Source: Pseudomonadota bacterium
GTDB taxonomy: Bacteria; Pseudomonadota; Alphaproteobacteria; Sphingomonadales; CAKZYD01
DNA length: 56,903 nucleotides
Direction of reading: 5' to 3'
Assembly: GCA_039026755.1 (NCBI GenBank)
Contig: JBCCLR010000003.1
Coordinates: 1 to 56,903 of the forward strand
Shown here: positions 19,717 to 30,552 of the stretch, piece after piece
Layout: every line of letters begins with the position of its first letter
Position numbering within the stretch: the first letter of the stretch is position 1
Position numbers and translations under genes: made by a program
The notes under the pieces: model-generated
Seen by the model: only the letters and a program-made list of their open reading frames with translations
What the model was told of the DNA's origin: nothing
The model's database searches: none

Positions 19717-22140
19717 ATGACCACCACCATTCGCCAGAGTTGGCTCAGCACCAGCGTTTTACTCGCCGTGGCAACAGCGCCGGATCTGGCCTTTGCACAA
19801 GCCGAAGAGACACTCGCGGAGGAAATCATTGTGACCGCGCAAAAGCGCGCGCAGCCGATCAAAGACGTGCCGGTTACAATTTCTGCGTTGAGCGGGGATT
19901 TTCTGCAGAAAATTGATGCAACCGAGTTTGACGAAATCGCGCTGTTTACACCGGGCCTGACAGTGCAGGAGCAAAGCCCAAACAATCCAGGCTTTGTGAT
20001 TAGGGGCATTACCTCTGATTCAGGCAGCGCACAAATCGCGCCGCGTGTGTCGATCTATTACAATGGCGTCGACGTCAGCCGCTCGCGCGGCTCGTATTTT
20101 GACCTCGTGGATATCGAGCGCATCGAAGTGGTTAAAGGCCCGCAATCGACGTTGTTTGGCACGGCTGCGGCCATTGGGGCAGTCTCAGTGATCACCAATA
20201 AAGCGCAGCCCGGTTTAAGCGCGCAGGCCAGCTTGGCCTATGGAAATTTTGACTATTTGGAAAGCCAAGGCTTTATCAATGTGGGAAATGAGGTCATCGC
20301 CGGACGCCTGGCATGGACCTATAAGGACCGTGAAGGCTTCATCGAAAACGTGTTTGACGGCCCCGGCAGTCTGCCAGATGGCCAGCAAGGCCGCGCGCTC
20401 AACGGTCAAGATGTCTTAGGCCTGCGCGGGACGATTACATTTACGCCCAGCGACGTATTTCGGGCTGACTTGATTGTGTCTTACGACGAACAAAACCCGC
20501 CAGGCACATCGTTTAAATCGGGCACCTTCGCACCGCCGGGCGGCGACACCAGCCCGTTTACCTTTGCCAGCTTATCTGGCGCGCCCAATAGCAACGAGAC
20601 GCTGGATGGCCCCGAGCCTGGCTTGGAGCGGGAGGTTTTGGATATCAACCTGACTATGCGCTACAGCGTGAATGATCAATGGTCCATCACGTCAATCACC
20701 GGCTACCGGGAATTTGATAGCGTTGAAGTGTTTGACGCCGATGGCTCGCCTGCGCCGTTTCTCGAATTTACCGAAGATGCGGTTGGCGACCAATGGAGCC
20801 AAGAAATCCGGGTCAACTACACCGCCGATGATCTGGCGGTGTTCTTCGGCGGCAGCTTCTTCCACGAAGATGGCACCCAGCGTATTCCATTTTCAACCGA
20901 GGAAGGCCTGCTGCTCGAGTGCTTAACCGGCGCCCTGCAGCTTGGCTGCGTCGCACCCGATGGCTCCGTGCCTGCACTTGGCGCGACCGCAGCCTTCACG
21001 GGCGGCGCACTCACGTCCATTCCGTATAGCCAGGTGATTGGCAATACCGGCGATTTTGATATTTGGACCGTTTATGCCGATGCGACGGTTGACCTCACCG
21101 AGCGCTGGCAAGTCAGCTTGGGCGGCAGGTTTGTGAGCGAATCGCGAACCTCTGGTGCGTTTAATGAAGCGCCGCCATCCCAACTCGCTCCTCTCTTATT
21201 GGGGTCCGGTGTACCGGCGCTGCAAGGGCTTGGCGGCTTTTTAAACGGCTTTTTGCCCCTCGCCGGGCCAGGTACGGACGGCAGAACGTTTACCGCCGAT
21301 GCCAATTATAGTGATTGGCTGGTCCGCGCCAATGTGCTGTACCGGCTCACGGACGACGTCAATCTCTATGCCACCATTGGGCGCGGTCGGCGCTCAGACG
21401 TGATTACCTTAGCGCTGAATAATACGCGCACTATCAATGGTGTTGTCACGCCTGTCCCAGTGTTCGCCGAGCCAACATTTGTGCCTGCCGAAATCATTTG
21501 GAACTATGAAGCGGGCGTGAAAGGCAACTTCTTTGACGGGCGGATGTTTGCAAGCGCTGCCATCTTTTATCAGGACTACAGCAACTTCCAAACAACCGTG
21601 GCGCAGGTCGATCAAAACGGCAATCCAACCGGCCAATTTATTACCGATGGTATCGGCAGTGCGACCAATGTTGGCGCCGAAGCGGAGGTGTCGGCACAAA
21701 TCACCGATGGGCTGCAAGTGTTTGGCAATGTCGCCTATATCGATGCGCAAATTGACGATGACCCGGCTGTCAACGGCGACCTCGCCGGCAATCGCTTCCG
21801 TTTGCAGCCCGAATGGGCCGCATCCGCTGGTGTGCTTTATGAGCAAGGCATTACCGACGACCTGGTCGGTTTCACGACGCTCACGTGGACATATGAAGGG
21901 CAAAAATTCTTCGAAGAAGACAATCAACCTGGCATCGAAGAAGATGCCTATTCGCTGGTTAACCTGCGCGTTGGGCTAAAAGCCACTGATGAGCGCTGGC
22001 AAGTTGATGCGTTTGCGAGCAACCTGTTTAACAAGCGCTACGTTATTGATGCGGGCAATACCGGCGGCGCCTTTGGCATACCCACATTCATAGCTGGCAA
22101 TCCGCGGTTCTATGGGGTGCGGCTCACAGGGCGCTACTAA
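19717..22140 (+). CDS. TonB-dependent receptor
   Basis: Signal peptide, TonB box EEIIVTAQKR, plug motif IEVVKGPQSTLFG, C-terminal PRFYGVRLTGRY. Confidence 0.93.
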   Translation: MTTTIRQSWLSTSVLLAVATAPDLAFAQAEETLAEEIIVTAQKRAQPIKDVPVTISALSGDFLQKIDATEFDEIALFTPGLTVQEQSPNNPGFVIRGITSDSGSAQIAPRVSIYYNGVDVSRSRGSYFDLVDIERIEVVKGPQSTLFGTAAAIGAVSVITNKAQPGLSAQASLAYGNFDYLESQGFINVGNEVIAGRLAWTYKDREGFIENVFDGPGSLPDGQQGRALNGQDVLGLRGTITFTPSDVFRADLIVSYDEQNPPGTSFKSGTFAPPGGDTSPFTFASLSGAPNSNETLDGPEPGLEREVLDINLTMRYSVNDQWSITSITGYREFDSVEVFDADGSPAPFLEFTEDAVGDQWSQEIRVNYTADDLAVFFGGSFFHEDGTQRIPFSTEEGLLLECLTGALQLGCVAPDGSVPALGATAAFTGGALTSIPYSQVIGNTGDFDIWTVYADATVDLTERWQVSLGGRFVSESRTSGAFNEAPPSQLAPLLLGSGVPALQGLGGFLNGFLPLAGPGTDGRTFTADANYSDWLVRANVLYRLTDDVNLYATIGRGRRSDVITLALNNTRTINGVVTPVPVFAEPTFVPAEIIWNYEAGVKGNFFDGRMFASAAIFYQDYSNFQTTVAQVDQNGNPTGQFITDGIGSATNVGAEAEVSAQITDGLQVFGNVAYIDAQIDDDPAVNGDLAGNRFRLQPEWAASAGVLYEQGITDDLVGFTTLTWTYEGQKFFEEDNQPGIEEDAYSLVNLRVGLKATDERWQVDAFASNLFNKRYVIDAGNTGGAFGIPTFIAGNPRFYGVRLTGRY

Positions 22141-22158
22141 AGGATAAACAGGGGTAAC

Positions 22159-24015
22159 ATGGCAGATAAAGCAGACCGCTTAACCATAAAGCGCCGCGCT
22201 GCGCTGAAGTCATTTGGCATCGGCCTTATGGCAAGTGCCGTAGACGCGCCGCTGCGCGCACAAGAGGCAGGCAGCCCGTTCCAGCATGGCGTTGCCAGTG
22301 GTGACCCCCTCGCCGACCGCGTAATCTTATGGACCCGGGTGACGCCGCCGCCTGGGCAATCAGGCCCAGTCCTCGTGAACTGGCAAATCAGCCCCCTTAA
22401 TCGCCAAGAGGAAGTAGCGGCGAGCGGCACTCAGGAAGCGGTAGCCGCCAAAGACTTTACGGTAAAAGTTGATGCCACCGGCTTGGTGCCGGGCCAGCGC
22501 TATCAATATAGTTTTAAAACCGGCGACTTTACCTCGCCCACTGGCCGCACCCGCACGCTCCCTGTGGGCGACGTTGAGCGCATGACCTTGGGCATTTGCT
22601 CTTGCTCAAATTATCCTTACGGATTTTTCAACGTCTATAAAGAGATCGCCGAAAACACCGATATTGATGTGGTGCTGCACCTTGGCGACTATATCTATGA
22701 GTATGCCGCCGGCAAATATTCGGCGCCTGATATTGAAGCGGCAGGCCGCACTGCCGACCCAGCCAATGAAATCGTCAGCGTCAGCGATTATCGCCAGCGC
22801 TACGCGCTGTATCGCACGGACCCGGACCTCCAGGCCGTGCACGCCGTGCACCCCTTTATCACCATCTGGGATGATCATGAGTTCAGCAACGACACCTGGA
22901 GCGGCGGCGCGGAAAATCACCAACCAGAACAGGAAGGACTGTTTACTCAGCGGCGCGAAAATGCGCTGAAGGTCTATGCGGAATGGATGCCAACGCGCGC
23001 GGACATGCGGCGCCCGTGGCGCAGTTTTGACTTTGGTAACCTGGCCCGCATCATCATGCTGGATACGCGCATTTGGGGCCGCGACAAACAGCTGGATTAC
23101 GCCGCAGATTTTCAGCCACGGACCATTCCTTTCGATGTCACGGACCCGAAAAACCCCAAACCCCTGGCCACACCAAATGCCCGCGCGAGCTATGCCGCTG
23201 AAGACATAAAGCGCCTGCCCGTACCGTTTGACTTTCGCCAAGACCCGCCAAAGCCGGTCATGGATTACACCACATTATCAACGTTTGACCCGAAAACAGC
23301 GCCGCAATATTTGGCCTATTTACCGGATGTCGGAGCATTCAAGGAGCAATTAGAAAGCCCGGGTCGATCCTTGCTAGGCGAAGAGCAGGAAGCCTGGCTT
23401 GGTCCGCAGCTGCAAGGCTCTAAAAAACGCGGCCAACCATGGCAAATCATCGGCCAGCAAGTGGTGATGGGCAATATTGTAATTCCGCCGGATTTGGCGG
23501 ACGTGGTCGAAGGGCAAACAGGTGAAGTTGCTGATGCTATTCGCAGCGTTGCACGCCTTGCGCCCTATAAGCTGCCAACGAATTTAGATGCCTGGGATGG
23601 CTATCCGGCCGCCCGCGCGCGCCTCTATGCGCAGCTGCGCCAATACGCGCGCAATGGCATTGTGATCTCCGGCGATAGCCATAATGCCTGGCTGAATGAA
23701 TTGGCTGATGACAAAGGGAAAGTGGGCTATGAATTTGCAGTCCCGTCGGTGTCGTCCCCCGGCTATGAGGGCTATATCGGCACGTCAGCAAAGCAGTTGG
23801 AAAGCAGCTTAGCGGCTGCTTCACCTGGCCTTCAATGGATGGATGCGCGCCACCGCGGCTATGTTACGCTTCATGTGACGCAAGATCAGGTTGAAGCGAC
23901 CTATCACCGAATTTCAACGGCAAAATCGCGCGACTATGAGCAATTACCCAAAAAACGTTTTACTGTGCGCGCGGGCGAAAGCCCTGCGGATGCAGCTCTA
24001 AGTGATTTAGGCTAA
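22159..24015 (+). CDS. phoD: Alkaline phosphatase D family, Tat-exported
   Basis: RRAALK twin-Arg signal; FQHGVASGDP, HLGDYIYE, WDDHEF.N, LDTR, D.WDGY, GDSH. Confidence 0.93.
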   Translation: MADKADRLTIKRRAALKSFGIGLMASAVDAPLRAQEAGSPFQHGVASGDPLADRVILWTRVTPPPGQSGPVLVNWQISPLNRQEEVAASGTQEAVAAKDFTVKVDATGLVPGQRYQYSFKTGDFTSPTGRTRTLPVGDVERMTLGICSCSNYPYGFFNVYKEIAENTDIDVVLHLGDYIYEYAAGKYSAPDIEAAGRTADPANEIVSVSDYRQRYALYRTDPDLQAVHAVHPFITIWDDHEFSNDTWSGGAENHQPEQEGLFTQRRENALKVYAEWMPTRADMRRPWRSFDFGNLARIIMLDTRIWGRDKQLDYAADFQPRTIPFDVTDPKNPKPLATPNARASYAAEDIKRLPVPFDFRQDPPKPVMDYTTLSTFDPKTAPQYLAYLPDVGAFKEQLESPGRSLLGEEQEAWLGPQLQGSKKRGQPWQIIGQQVVMGNIVIPPDLADVVEGQTGEVADAIRSVARLAPYKLPTNLDAWDGYPAARARLYAQLRQYARNGIVISGDSHNAWLNELADDKGKVGYEFAVPSVSSPGYEGYIGTSAKQLESSLAAASPGLQWMDARHRGYVTLHVTQDQVEATYHRISTAKSRDYEQLPKKRFTVRAGESPADAALSDLG

Positions 24016-24962
24016 TGCGCAGACGTGCGGTGCTGGGCGGCATTGCTGCACTATCCACATATACAGCACCTCAAAGATCGACCGCAGCGCCAAATCTCCC
24101 ACTCATCATCGCCCATCGCGGCGCGAGCGGAGTGCTGCCTGAACACACCCTTGAAAGCTATACCCGTGCGCATGGGATGGGCGCGGATGTCATCGAAGCT
24201 GACCTTGTATTTACCAAAGACGGCCATCTTATCTGTCGCCACGACCGGTATTTATCGACGACAACAAATGTGTCTGACATCGCCGCGTTCAAATCTAAGC
24301 AGACGGTCAAAGCAGGCGCAAAAAAACCCGACTGGTTTGCCGAAGACTTTAAATTAGACGAGATTAAAAGCTTGAAAGCGCGCCAAGCGTTCTCGGGCCG
24401 CAGCACCGCGTTTGATGACAGCTTTGAAATTCCAACATTCGCAGAGCTGCTGAGCGTGGCCACGCAATATAAGTGGTGTCTCTATCCAGAGATAAAGGCG
24501 CCCGCGATTGCGCTGCGTAATGGTCATGACATTCTCGCGGCGCTTGCACCCTTTCGGCGGGCTGCTGCAGATGGTGCAATCGGGCCTAGCTTCTTGCAGT
24601 GCTTTGACCCGGCATTTCTTAAGCCGCTCGACCCGATGAAAAATATAAAGCGCATTCAACTCCTCTATCAAACCACACCAGATGTATCTGTATTGGCGCG
24701 TATCGCTAAATATGCAGATGGTGTTGGCCCAAACAAAACCGCACTCTTATCCAAAACGTCAAGCAGCGGCTTTATCGAAGCAGCGCATGCGCTTGGCCTC
24801 AGCGTTCATCCGTGGACCTTTCGCGATGATGATGTGCTTGAGGGCTTTGCCGATGCAGCTGATGAATTGCAGCGGTTTTTTGAGCTCGGCGTCGATGGCG
24901 TCTTCACCGATTTTACCGATACCGCGCTTAAGGTGCGGGCGCGCTGGTCTCAAAGGCGCTGA
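24015..24962 (+). CDS. glpQ: Glycerophosphodiester phosphodiesterase, Tat-exported
   Basis: MRRRAVL signal; IAHRGASG..PEHT, IEADL..TKDG..ICRHD, DGVFTDF; TAATG coupling with phoD. Confidence 0.88.
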   Translation: MRRRAVLGGIAALSTYTAPQRSTAAPNLPLIIAHRGASGVLPEHTLESYTRAHGMGADVIEADLVFTKDGHLICRHDRYLSTTTNVSDIAAFKSKQTVKAGAKKPDWFAEDFKLDEIKSLKARQAFSGRSTAFDDSFEIPTFAELLSVATQYKWCLYPEIKAPAIALRNGHDILAALAPFRRAAADGAIGPSFLQCFDPAFLKPLDPMKNIKRIQLLYQTTPDVSVLARIAKYADGVGPNKTALLSKTSSSGFIEAAHALGLSVHPWTFRDDDVLEGFADAADELQRFFELGVDGVFTDFTDTALKVRARWSQRR

Positions 24963-26502
24963 TCTTTGCGCGCATCGCGGCGACATCCGGAACAGTCTGC
25001 GCCGCTAAGAGTTTGCACGTATAAGGGTCACTGCTGCGTTCATAAATATCGTCTACGCTGCCCTCTTCGACCAAGCGGCCGTCTTTTAAAATCACCACTC
25101 GGTCGGCTATGGCGCGCACGACATCTAGATCGTGACTGATAAAGAGCATGGAGAGGTTCTTCTCCCGTTTGAGCTTGGCGAGCAACGCAAGCACTTGCGT
25201 TTGCGTGGTTTTATCAAGCGCGCTTAAGGTTTCATCACAAATCAAAATATCCGGTGCACAGGCAAGTGCCCGGGCAATGGCGGCGCGCTGGTTTTGCCCG
25301 CCAGAGGCTTCATGCGGATATTTTGCGGCAAAGTCTGGCGGCAAACCGACATCGGCCAAAAGCGCGGTTACGCTGCTATGAGAGTGGTGCATATCGATCG
25401 CATCTTGAATGGAGGCACCTAAGCTGCGCTGCGGATCAAAGCTGGCGAAGGGGTCTTGAAAGATGGGCTGCACTTTGGTGCGCGCAGCGCGTAATTGAGC
25501 GGCGCTTAGCTGGGCGATATCTGCCCCATCCCACGTCACCCGGCCCACACTTGGCTGTTCCAGGCCTAAGATCAGCTTTGCAAGCGTTGATTTGCCCGAC
25601 CCGCTTTCGCCCACGATCGCCAGCGTTTCGCCGTCATGCAGCGTAACATCGATAGGGTGGAGCGCTGTGATGCTGCGGCGCTGGGCAAAGAGGTCGCCGC
25701 CCAGTCGGTAGGTTTTGGAAAGACCCTGCACTGCGATGCGCGGCGTTTTTGCAGGATTGTGCCGACATGTGCTTTGCGCCTTAATCACGCTGGCCGCGAT
25801 AAGCTCTCGTGTATAGTCGTGCTGCGGCGCAGTAAGCACGGTTTCGGCTGGTCCTGCCTCTACAACCGCGCCCGATTTCATGACCATGACGTCGTCGGCA
25901 AGCCCTGCAACGACGCCAATATCATGACTGATCAGCATGATTGCCGTGCCCGCTTGTTTGATCTTCACAAACTCTTGCAACAGCTCCATCTGGACGGTCG
26001 CATCGAGCGCAGTGGTTGGTTCGTCAGCGATAATGAGGTCCGGCTGGCGTGCCAGCGCCATGGCCAGCATGGCGCGCTGGCGCATACCGCCCGACAGCGC
26101 GTGCGGATAAGCCTTGGCCACGCGCGTTGGGTCGGGTAGGCCGGCGCGGCGCAGCGCGGCTTCAATCTTATCAGCCGCGGGGTGTGCCATGCCTTCGGCA
26201 AGCTGCGCGGCAATGCGCATATGCGGGGTGAGAGACGACTGCGGGTCTTGATACACCATGGCAATGCGCTCACGGCGCTGTGCGCCAGACACGCTGAGCC
26301 CACCAAAACGAATTGCACCCGACACGTTTGCCGCTTTTGGCAGCAGCCCCATCAGCGCAAGGCCGGTTTGACTTTTGCCTGAGCCACTTTCGCCCACAAT
26401 GCCTAAGCACCCGCCCGGCTGCAGTGATAACGACAGGCCCGCAACAGCAATGATATCGCCATAGCGGATTGTTAAATCCGTCAGTTCGACAATCGCAGTC
26501 AT
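24928..26502 (-). CDS. Peptide ABC transporter, fused double ATPase (OppD/OppF-like)
   Basis: Two GESGSGKS Walker A motifs; LSGGMRQR and ASGGQNQR signatures. Confidence 0.92.
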   Translation of the reverse strand: MTAIVELTDLTIRYGDIIAVAGLSLSLQPGGCLGIVGESGSGKSQTGLALMGLLPKAANVSGAIRFGGLSVSGAQRRERIAMVYQDPQSSLTPHMRIAAQLAEGMAHPAADKIEAALRRAGLPDPTRVAKAYPHALSGGMRQRAMLAMALARQPDLIIADEPTTALDATVQMELLQEFVKIKQAGTAIMLISHDIGVVAGLADDVMVMKSGAVVEAGPAETVLTAPQHDYTRELIAASVIKAQSTCRHNPAKTPRIAVQGLSKTYRLGGDLFAQRRSITALHPIDVTLHDGETLAIVGESGSGKSTLAKLILGLEQPSVGRVTWDGADIAQLSAAQLRAARTKVQPIFQDPFASFDPQRSLGASIQDAIDMHHSHSSVTALLADVGLPPDFAAKYPHEASGGQNQRAAIARALACAPDILICDETLSALDKTTQTQVLALLAKLKREKNLSMLFISHDLDVVRAIADRVVILKDGRLVEEGSVDDIYERSSDPYTCKLLAAQTVPDVAAMRAKISAFETSAPAP

Positions 26503-27326
26503 AGCCCAGCGCTCGCGCGTTTATCGAGAGCGTCGCGAATGGCATCGCCCAGCACGGTCAGGCAGATTAATGTGACCGCCAGGATAACCGCCGGGGACAC
26601 CAGTAACCACGGCGCAAATTCCATATCGACCACACCGGATTTGATCATGCTGCCCCAACTGGTCATCGGCTCTTGAACGCCGAGCCCCAAAAAGGACAGA
26701 AAACTCTCAATCATGATCGCCTGCGGGATCGATAAGGTCGCAAACACAATCACTGGGCTGCGCAAGTTGGGCACGATATGGCGCAGCAAAATGCGCCAAG
26801 GCGGCAAGCCAAGCGCTCTGGCGGCTTGGATGAACTCCATCTGTTTAAGCGAGACGGTTTGGCCGCGTACAATGCGCGCCATAGTGAGCCATTCAACGGC
26901 AGCAATCGCGATAAAAATAAGCCACATATGGCGGCCAATGACGACCATCAGCACGATCACAAAAAACAAAAAGGGCAGCGCATAGACCACGTCAACAAAG
27001 CGCATCATGGCCTGATCGGTCCAGCCGCCGCGGTAGCCGGCAAGCGCGCCGTAGCTGATGCCAATAAAGCTGCTGGCCAGCGTCGCGGCCAATCCCACCG
27101 CAAGCGAGATGCGCCCTGCGGCGAGCAGCCGGGCAAGCACGTCCCGGCCCAAGGCATCCGTGCCGAGTGGATGCGCCAGCGACGGCGCAGCATAGGTATC
27201 CAGCAGGTCCATTTGTTCAGCCGTATAGGGCATGATGAAGGGCCCAAAGAGACAGGCAAGAACGATAACGCTCAAGACGGCCATCGGCGCGCGCGGCAAG
27301 GACGTCATGGCGTTTGTGGCTGTCAT
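26499..27326 (-). CDS. oppC: Oligopeptide ABC permease
   Basis: HPLGTDALGRD; EAA-like loop EFIQAARALG; ESFLSFLGLG. Confidence 0.88.
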   Translation of the reverse strand: MTATNAMTSLPRAPMAVLSVIVLACLFGPFIMPYTAEQMDLLDTYAAPSLAHPLGTDALGRDVLARLLAAGRISLAVGLAATLASSFIGISYGALAGYRGGWTDQAMMRFVDVVYALPFLFFVIVLMVVIGRHMWLIFIAIAAVEWLTMARIVRGQTVSLKQMEFIQAARALGLPPWRILLRHIVPNLRSPVIVFATLSIPQAIMIESFLSFLGLGVQEPMTSWGSMIKSGVVDMEFAPWLLVSPAVILAVTLICLTVLGDAIRDALDKRASAGL

Positions 27327-27331
27327 GGGCG

Positions 27332-28255
27332 TTACGTGCTTTGGCCGCGCGTGCGCGGGTCAAGCCATTGCAGCGCGATATCAACAATCAAATTAAACAC
27401 GATGATCAGCGCCGCGTAGACAATCACCACGCCCATCACGAGGGTAAAGTCGCGGTTGAGGGCGCCCTGCACGAAATACCGCCCAATGCCTGGAATTTGA
27501 AAAATCGTCTCAATCACCACGGAGCCAGTGAGAATACCAGCCGCAGCGGGACCAAGATAGCTGACCACAGGCATCAGCGCGCGCGGCAAGATATGGCGCC
27601 ATAACAGCCGCGTTTGGGAGATATTTTTGCCCCGGGCGGTGCGCACAAATGGCGCGCTGGAGACTTCAACAACGCCGGCGCGCGTGAGCCGCGCAATACT
27701 GGCCGCATACGGGACCGCCAGCGCGATGACCGGCAAAATAAGGTTGCCCGGCCCGCCCCAGCCGGCCACCGGCACCCACCGCAGCGCAACGCCGAACACC
27801 AGCGCAAGCAGTGGGGCGATGACAAAGCTCGGCAGCGCCAGGCCGGTGGCTGCAGCGGCCATAACCAGGCGATCAGCCAGTCTTCCCGCGCGCTGCGCCG
27901 CCCACACGCCAAGCCCTAGGCCGGCGCCAAGCGCGCACAACAACGCTATACCGCCAACCAATATGCTGGCAGGCAAGCCTTGTCGGATAAGCCCGGTAAC
28001 GCTTTGATCGCGGTATTGAAATGAAGGCCCGAAATCGCCGCGCGCAACCCCGCCAACATAGTGCGCATATTGCTCTAAAAGCGGGCGATCGAGTTTGTAT
28101 TGGCGGTTTAGATTGTCCTGCACCGCTTTTGAGAGCGCGCGCTCTCCGTCAAACGGGCCGCCCGGCGCCACCTTGATCATCGCAAAGGCAAGCGTGATGA
28201 TCACAAATAGGGTTGGGACGGCAATGATAAGCCGCTGAAAAATCATGCGTAGCAT
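27332..28255 (-). CDS. oppB: Oligopeptide ABC permease
   Basis: APGGPF, GDFGPS, FVRTARGK, ETIFQIPGIG. Confidence 0.9.
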   Translation of the reverse strand: MLRMIFQRLIIAVPTLFVIITLAFAMIKVAPGGPFDGERALSKAVQDNLNRQYKLDRPLLEQYAHYVGGVARGDFGPSFQYRDQSVTGLIRQGLPASILVGGIALLCALGAGLGLGVWAAQRAGRLADRLVMAAAATGLALPSFVIAPLLALVFGVALRWVPVAGWGGPGNLILPVIALAVPYAASIARLTRAGVVEVSSAPFVRTARGKNISQTRLLWRHILPRALMPVVSYLGPAAAGILTGSVVIETIFQIPGIGRYFVQGALNRDFTLVMGVVIVYAALIIVFNLIVDIALQWLDPRTRGQST

Positions 28256-29844
28256 TATTTAAACCGGAACCAGCGGCTGCGGTGCCGATCACGCAGATTG
28301 TCTGACCAGCCATCAATGTCGCTGGCAACGAGTTTCTTCGACACATAATAAAACAGCGGAATAATAGGGCTATCTGCCAACAACTGCGCTTCAGCCTGGC
28401 GCATGAAATCCATGCGTTGTGTGGTGTCAGAGGCAGCTTGGCCTTGCGTGACCAACGCATCATAGCGCGGGCTGTTATAGCGCGCGTAATTCAGTCCTTC
28501 GTTGTCTGATAGGAAGATGAAAAGAAAATTATCCACGGCATTATAATCCGCCACCCAGCCCGCGCGCGCGAGCTTGAAATTGCCCTTGCGCAGGTCCGCA
28601 AAGTGCACGGCCGCCTCGGTATTAAACAGGGAGACATTAATGCCAAGCGGTTGCCACATCTGGGCAATGGCCAGTGCAATGCGCTGATGCGTATCGGATG
28701 TATTGATCCTGATTTCGATATCCAAGGGTGTTTGCGGCGTAATTCCCGTACGGGCAAGCAGCTTTGCCGCCTCCGTGCGGCGTTCTTCGATGGTCCATGT
28801 GGCCCAATCCGGCTGGCTTGGCGCGCCATAAAAGCCGGTATCGGGCGGCACCATGGCAAGCGCTTTGCGATACCCAGAACGCAGGATGGAATCGACCAGC
28901 GGCTGGCGATCAACAGCCATCGATAGCGCGCGCCGGACCGCTGGATTATCAAAGGGCGGCTTTTGTGTGTGAAACACGTAATAATATGTCGCTTGGTTGA
29001 CCGTGACGCGCACTTGCGTGCCCAGTTGTTCCTTCAATACCGGCCCCATCTGGTCTGGAAAGGTCGGCACAATATCCACTTCGCCAGCACGAAACCTGCG
29101 CACTGCCGTCATTTCATCGCTAATGGGCAGATAGATGAGCGTCTCTAACGCGACCGTGTCGGCATCAATGAAACGCGGGTTTTTCTTCAGCACCATCTGC
29201 GCCTGACGCTGCCAGCTTTGCATGGTAAACGCGCCGTTGGAGACGATGTTTTCCGGCCGTGACCAGGCATCGCCATGCATGTCGATGACGTGTTTTGGCA
29301 CCGGCACCAAAGCAGCAATCGCGACAACTTCTGGAAAGACCGGCTGCGGCGCGGTGAGCTGGATGACCACAGTGCGCGGCCCTTCGGCAAACACGCCAAG
29401 CGTGTCTGGCGCAGCAGCCCCATTTAAAATCTCCGGCGCGCCCTCAATGAGCATCAAAAGATTTGCATAGGGGCTCGCGGTCGCTGGATTGATGATGCGG
29501 CGGAAGGAATACACAAAATCATCTGCGGTGATCGGCGTCCCATCCGACCACATAAGACCGCCGCGCAACTCAAAGGTCCAGCGCAGGCCATCATCGCTGA
29601 CACGCCAGGCTTTGGCCTGGCCCGGAATGGGCTTGGCGTCTGGGCCAAGATCCGTTAGGCCCTGAAACTGATCTGCAGCAACATTGGAATCCGACACCAC
29701 ACTGATTTTATGTGGGTCAAGCGCGCGGATCTCATCAAAATTAACGCGGACAAGCCTGGTTTTATCTGTCCGCTCAGGGCGTTCAATAGGGCCTGAGCAC
29801 GCTACGGCCGTTAGCGCGGCAGCGCCGCACACCACACCACGCAT
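28255..29844 (-). CDS. oppA: Oligopeptide ABC substrate-binding lipoprotein
   Basis: Lipobox AVAC; WSDGTPITADDFVYS, SNGAF, VRRALSMA, GWVADY; start inferred at 29844. Confidence 0.88.
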   Translation of the reverse strand: MRGVVCGAAALTAVACSGPIERPERTDKTRLVRVNFDEIRALDPHKISVVSDSNVAADQFQGLTDLGPDAKPIPGQAKAWRVSDDGLRWTFELRGGLMWSDGTPITADDFVYSFRRIINPATASPYANLLMLIEGAPEILNGAAAPDTLGVFAEGPRTVVIQLTAPQPVFPEVVAIAALVPVPKHVIDMHGDAWSRPENIVSNGAFTMQSWQRQAQMVLKKNPRFIDADTVALETLIYLPISDEMTAVRRFRAGEVDIVPTFPDQMGPVLKEQLGTQVRVTVNQATYYYVFHTQKPPFDNPAVRRALSMAVDRQPLVDSILRSGYRKALAMVPPDTGFYGAPSQPDWATWTIEERRTEAAKLLARTGITPQTPLDIEIRINTSDTHQRIALAIAQMWQPLGINVSLFNTEAAVHFADLRKGNFKLARAGWVADYNAVDNFLFIFLSDNEGLNYARYNSPRYDALVTQGQAASDTTQRMDFMRQAEAQLLADSPIIPLFYYVSKKLVASDIDGWSDNLRDRHRSRWFRFK

Positions 29845-30107
29845 CACTGCGGCACATTCCCTAACGCTCATAGCGCTGTTGTGGCATGCCAAACCTCGTC
29901 TGCAAACCCCTTCATCGAAGAAACCGCTCACAGTTATTTCTGTTTCTAATTGATGCTCACTTATGGCTCACACAAGTGTGATTGTTCAGTGATCAAGAAC
30001 TATCCTATCTCACTTATATGGCTTCTGACCACGGCCACACCCGGCTATATGACGAGACATAGACGCGCCAAACCCGGCGCAGACGAGAGGAAAAAGAGAG
30101 ATAGACC

Positions 30108-30458
30108 ATGGCACACACATTTAACCCCACCCGCCCTGGCACCCATGTCAGCATGAGCGCCGCAATCGCCCGCCTCATTCGCGATAACGTTTTGCGCGTT
30201 GGCTTGGTTCTCGTCGGCATGACCTTGTTTATCGCAGCTGCCGAAGCGAATACGCAAACGGATCAAATCGACCTAACAAACCTGCCGCAGTTGGTCACGC
30301 AGGTGGCAAACCAGAGCGCCCTACCAGACCAAGCAAATGCCGATCGGCCCTATATTGCGCGGCAGTATCTTGCCAGTGATGATTATGCGGCCGGCGTTGC
30401 ACAAAGCAATCTGCTCAACAGCCCAGCAGCGCGGTTTTTGGCGAAGCAGCTGAATTAG
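30108..30458 (+). CDS. Small hypothetical exported or membrane protein
   Basis: 116-aa ORF with purine-rich leader and one hydrophobic segment, followed by a terminator. Confidence 0.6.
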   Translation: MAHTFNPTRPGTHVSMSAAIARLIRDNVLRVGLVLVGMTLFIAAAEANTQTDQIDLTNLPQLVTQVANQSALPDQANADRPYIARQYLASDDYAAGVAQSNLLNSPAARFLAKQLN

Positions 30459-30487
30459 CTACTCTATCAACGCCCGAACTTCCCCAT

Positions 30488-30522
30488 GCGGCCTGCGAAA
30501 TTTTTTCGTGGGCCGCTTTTTT
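30488..30522 (+). terminator. Rho-independent terminator
   Basis: GCGGCCTGCGAAA-TTT-TTTCGTGGGCCGC hairpin followed by TTTTTT. Confidence 0.8.
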
Positions 30523-30552
30523 ATAACACGTGGGCCGCTTTTTTAATAACAC
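30508..30552. repeat. Tandem duplication of the terminator 3' half (22/23 bp)
   Basis: GTGGGCCGCTTTTTTATAACAC followed by GTGGGCCGCTTTTTTAATAACAC. Confidence 0.85.

Noticed and set aside
26778-27419. Long antisense or alternate-frame ORFs (also 22606-23241, 33931-34593, 35320-35880)
   Set aside because: Shadow ORFs of GC-rich genes with clear family identity; no motifs or RBS.
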